DNA from: Stramenopiles sp. TOSAG23-6
Taxonomy: Eukaryota
Assembly: GCA_900128565.1 (NCBI GenBank)
Contig: LT635917.1
Location: 1-58,906 of the forward strand
DNA length: 58,906 nt
Direction of reading: 5' to 3'
Part shown: one piece after another, positions 56,974-58,906 of the stretch
How the letters are laid out: each line of letters opens with the position of its first letter
Position numbering within the stretch: the first letter of the stretch is position 1
Made by a program: the position numbers and the translations under genes
Notes under the pieces: generated by a model
What the model was told of the DNA's origin: nothing
Databases searched by the model: none
The model's input: the letters and a program-made list of their open reading frames with translations, nothing else

Positions 56974-57331
56974 TGAATTTATTGAAATAAATCGTTGTAA
57001 ATAGTTCACGTAGATTTATTCAATTAATTATGTTAATACATTAAGATCATGTAACTTTCAAAAAATTTATACGATGAGCCATGCGGGAAACAGCCATGAG
57101 GAAATCGAAAAAAATTGAGTTCTAATAAATATGTAAAGCTTTAAGTTCCTCTGTCCAATGTCATATACCCAAGGTTTTGTCGACACAATTTAAAATGGCC
57201 TTTTGGGTCCGGGACCCGGGTACCGGCCAAGAACGAAATTGATGATGGCCGAAACTTCTCACGACATGCGCTGCGAGGTACCGCGACCGGGGTTCTAAAC
57301 ATCGAAATACTGTAATACATAGCTGTTGAAA

Positions 57332-57502
57332 ATGCCAAGAACTACAGCATTAGGGTCTGTCTTTCGCTTTACTGCAATCGCTGTAGGCGCTATTTACGGT
57401 GGCAAGAAATTGGAGAATCTTCAGGCTATGGAGGCAAAAGGTGAGCTTCCCCATCAGAAAGTTGCAGCTGCCCACGGTCATGCAAAGGCCGGGGCTCACT
57501 AG
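57332..57502 (+). CDS. Mitochondrial ATP synthase subunit e-like (56 aa; not in the ORF track)
   Basis: MPRTTALGSVFRFTAIAVGAIYGGKKLENLQAMEAKGELPHQKVAAAHGHAKAGAH matches the R(Y/F)xA(L/I)xxGxxYG single-TM signature of subunit e. Confidence 0.7.
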   Translation: MPRTTALGSVFRFTAIAVGAIYGGKKLENLQAMEAKGELPHQKVAAAHGHAKAGAH

Positions 57503-57654
57503 TTAGTTCATAGAGCTCACTGGTTAGTCTATCGAGCTTTTATCGTACAAATGATGTCATTGTAGTAGTGACATGTATAGAATAGTTGGTATGGTTTATA
57601 TGTGGTGATATTGATTAAATATTGAACATCAAAACAATAATTTACGTATGTTGT

Positions 57655-58843
57655 TTAATATTTATTTTTGAGAATTAAAAGCCTTGTCCGTCTTTGGTCC
57701 ATTGGAATAACTTCCCGCAAAATTTCTTGCACTCGCACAATAATCGAATCTTTATCATACAGTACTGAAATTGAACCAGCTATACAGACTTCAAGATTAT
57801 TACAACTCTTATTGACACTTTTCTTCGAATCTTTTATCGGTTTTGTCGTTGATTTTGAACGTTTTTTTTCATTCTCTTTTTTTGCCTCTTTCATCTTTTC
57901 GTCGTGACGCATTATACAATCTTCTCGAAGTCTACGAAGAATGTCATTGGCATTTTCACCATTGGAAAGCATGCGGAGTCGTGGCATTCCACGTTGAAGC
58001 AATTTCTGGGCTGCTTTGGCACATGTGGGGCAAGTCACGTCCAGAACGATGGTGTCTATTGTGCCTCTATATAAGGATTCCTCTCCGTTTGCGTCTACAT
58101 GTTTGACTTCACAACGTTGTCCACTCTCAAAACCATCCTGTTTGAGTAAAGCTATTTTATACGTATCATCCAAGGCCAGTTTTAATGTATCGTCGTAATC
58201 TCCACGTACTTCACGACCTCTAAATATCTTTTGTATTATAATTGCTTTATCGTTTTCCATTTTGCGTTTTTCTTTACATTTTCTAAATTCTATACGTCCA
58301 CATTGACCACGGTACAATCTCTGGGTAATCATTGCTGATTTATACCGTCCTTCAGAACGGCGTTTTTTTTGTAATGCGTTTAATCGACCAATTTTACCTC
58401 GTTGTACGGATTGTATACGAACTGCTGATAGAGTGTGAAGTTCTGGTGTTGGTGGAGGAATTGCAATGCACTCGTCGCCAACTTTCTGTGCAAATCGCGT
58501 TGCATTGATTGCATCGAAGCATTCTTTAGCTAGAGCTTCCTTCCCAACACTTGCAAGTGACCACATTAGTGTACCTTCTGCACGTTTGACCAAACGCCAT
58601 GCCTCGTCGATTGATGAATGTAGTCTCATTTGATTTGGTTTGTGTTTTTGAAGATAAACAGGCATATCATTAAAGATACTTTCTACTTGACGAAGAATTC
58701 GTTTTGTAGGTGTTAAATCATAAAGATCGATATCTTTTCGTAAAATTGAAACACGAGTTGTGCATTTAACTATAGTATTACTACGCCGCAACAAGGAAGT
58801 CTGAAGCTTCATTTCAGTGCTTACATCTGCTTCATTGGTTTCG
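57655..58843 (-). CDS. IQ-motif protein, 3'-terminal exon (5'-partial)
   Basis: Three IQ-like motifs (IQSVQRG, TQRLYRG, IQKIFRG); frame open up to the family intron at the window edge. Confidence 0.7.
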
Positions 58844-58906
58844 ATGTATTCTGGAAAAATATTTCAAAAAAAATCTAAAAAAAATTGTTAGGTACAAAAT
58901 TTCGTA
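58844..58906 (-). other. Family intron, 3' part only (ends CCAGAATACAT)
   Basis: TACGAAATTTTGTACCTAAC...AAATATTTTTCCAGAATACAT; truncated by the window end. Confidence 0.75.

Noticed and set aside
57141-57338. 65-aa minus-strand ORF and the many short antisense ORFs overlapping long genes
   Set aside because: No recognisable motifs; they are shadows of real genes or chance ORFs.
540-58906. Elements as gene-inactivating insertions (pseudogenes) or sequencing errors of CAG
   Set aside because: Flanking exons are intact, exact removal restores frames in essential genes, and the CAT end recurs in 15 copies on both strands.
540-58906. DNA-level excised elements like ciliate IESs
   Set aside because: Dinucleotide repeats and short inverted ends are reminiscent, but strict sense orientation plus donor and branch motifs point to RNA splicing, and several copies lack the direct repeat.
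540-58906. CRISPR array or prokaryotic REP-like repeats
   Set aside because: Copies are dispersed within eukaryotic genes; there is no regular repeat-spacer structure and no cas gene.
1-58906. Alternative genetic code or programmed frameshifting to explain broken ORFs
   Set aside because: TAA, TAG and TGA all end genes normally, and every break coincides with an intron.

Overview
Gene-dense, AT-rich eukaryotic nuclear DNA using the standard genetic code. It is probably from a stramenopile-like protist, inferred only from gene content and the P1 C-terminus. There are about 22 protein-coding genes: PEX19 (partial), PLK4, an HxxxD acyltransferase-like gene, an RRM protein, dihydroxyacetone kinase, a WW/IQ/cNMP protein, a myosin with ankyrin repeats, a WW+PHF5-like protein, RPLP1, YIP1, a GT-A+GT61 fusion, an EEP hydrolase, TOP2, a SpoU methylase, a giant Clu/LamG/LRR protein, an INPP4-like protein, ATP synthase subunit e and several unknowns. 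The main feature is one family of near-identical 88-118 nt introns: 20 complete copies and 1 partial copy in coding regions, all in the sense orientation, plus about 4 non-coding copies. Their consensus is GTAYGTTTT ... TTCGTACGAAATTTTGTACCTAAC ... AAATATTTTTCMMAATACAT. They have a U2-like donor and branch point but mostly no AG acceptor. Restoring reading frames and invariant catalytic motifs (DAK GIHGE, TOP2 CTLILTEGD, PEX19 YERFG) gives 14 GT-AT, 1 GT-CT, 1 AT-AA, 2 GT-AG and 2 ambiguous (GT-GT or GT-TT versus AG) introns. The 3' end sits 19-21 nt from an AATAT box and nearby AGs are skipped. A 2-nt direct repeat (mostly AT) and short terminal inverted repeats suggest a transposon-derived (introner-like) origin. 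All splicing is inferred from DNA only.
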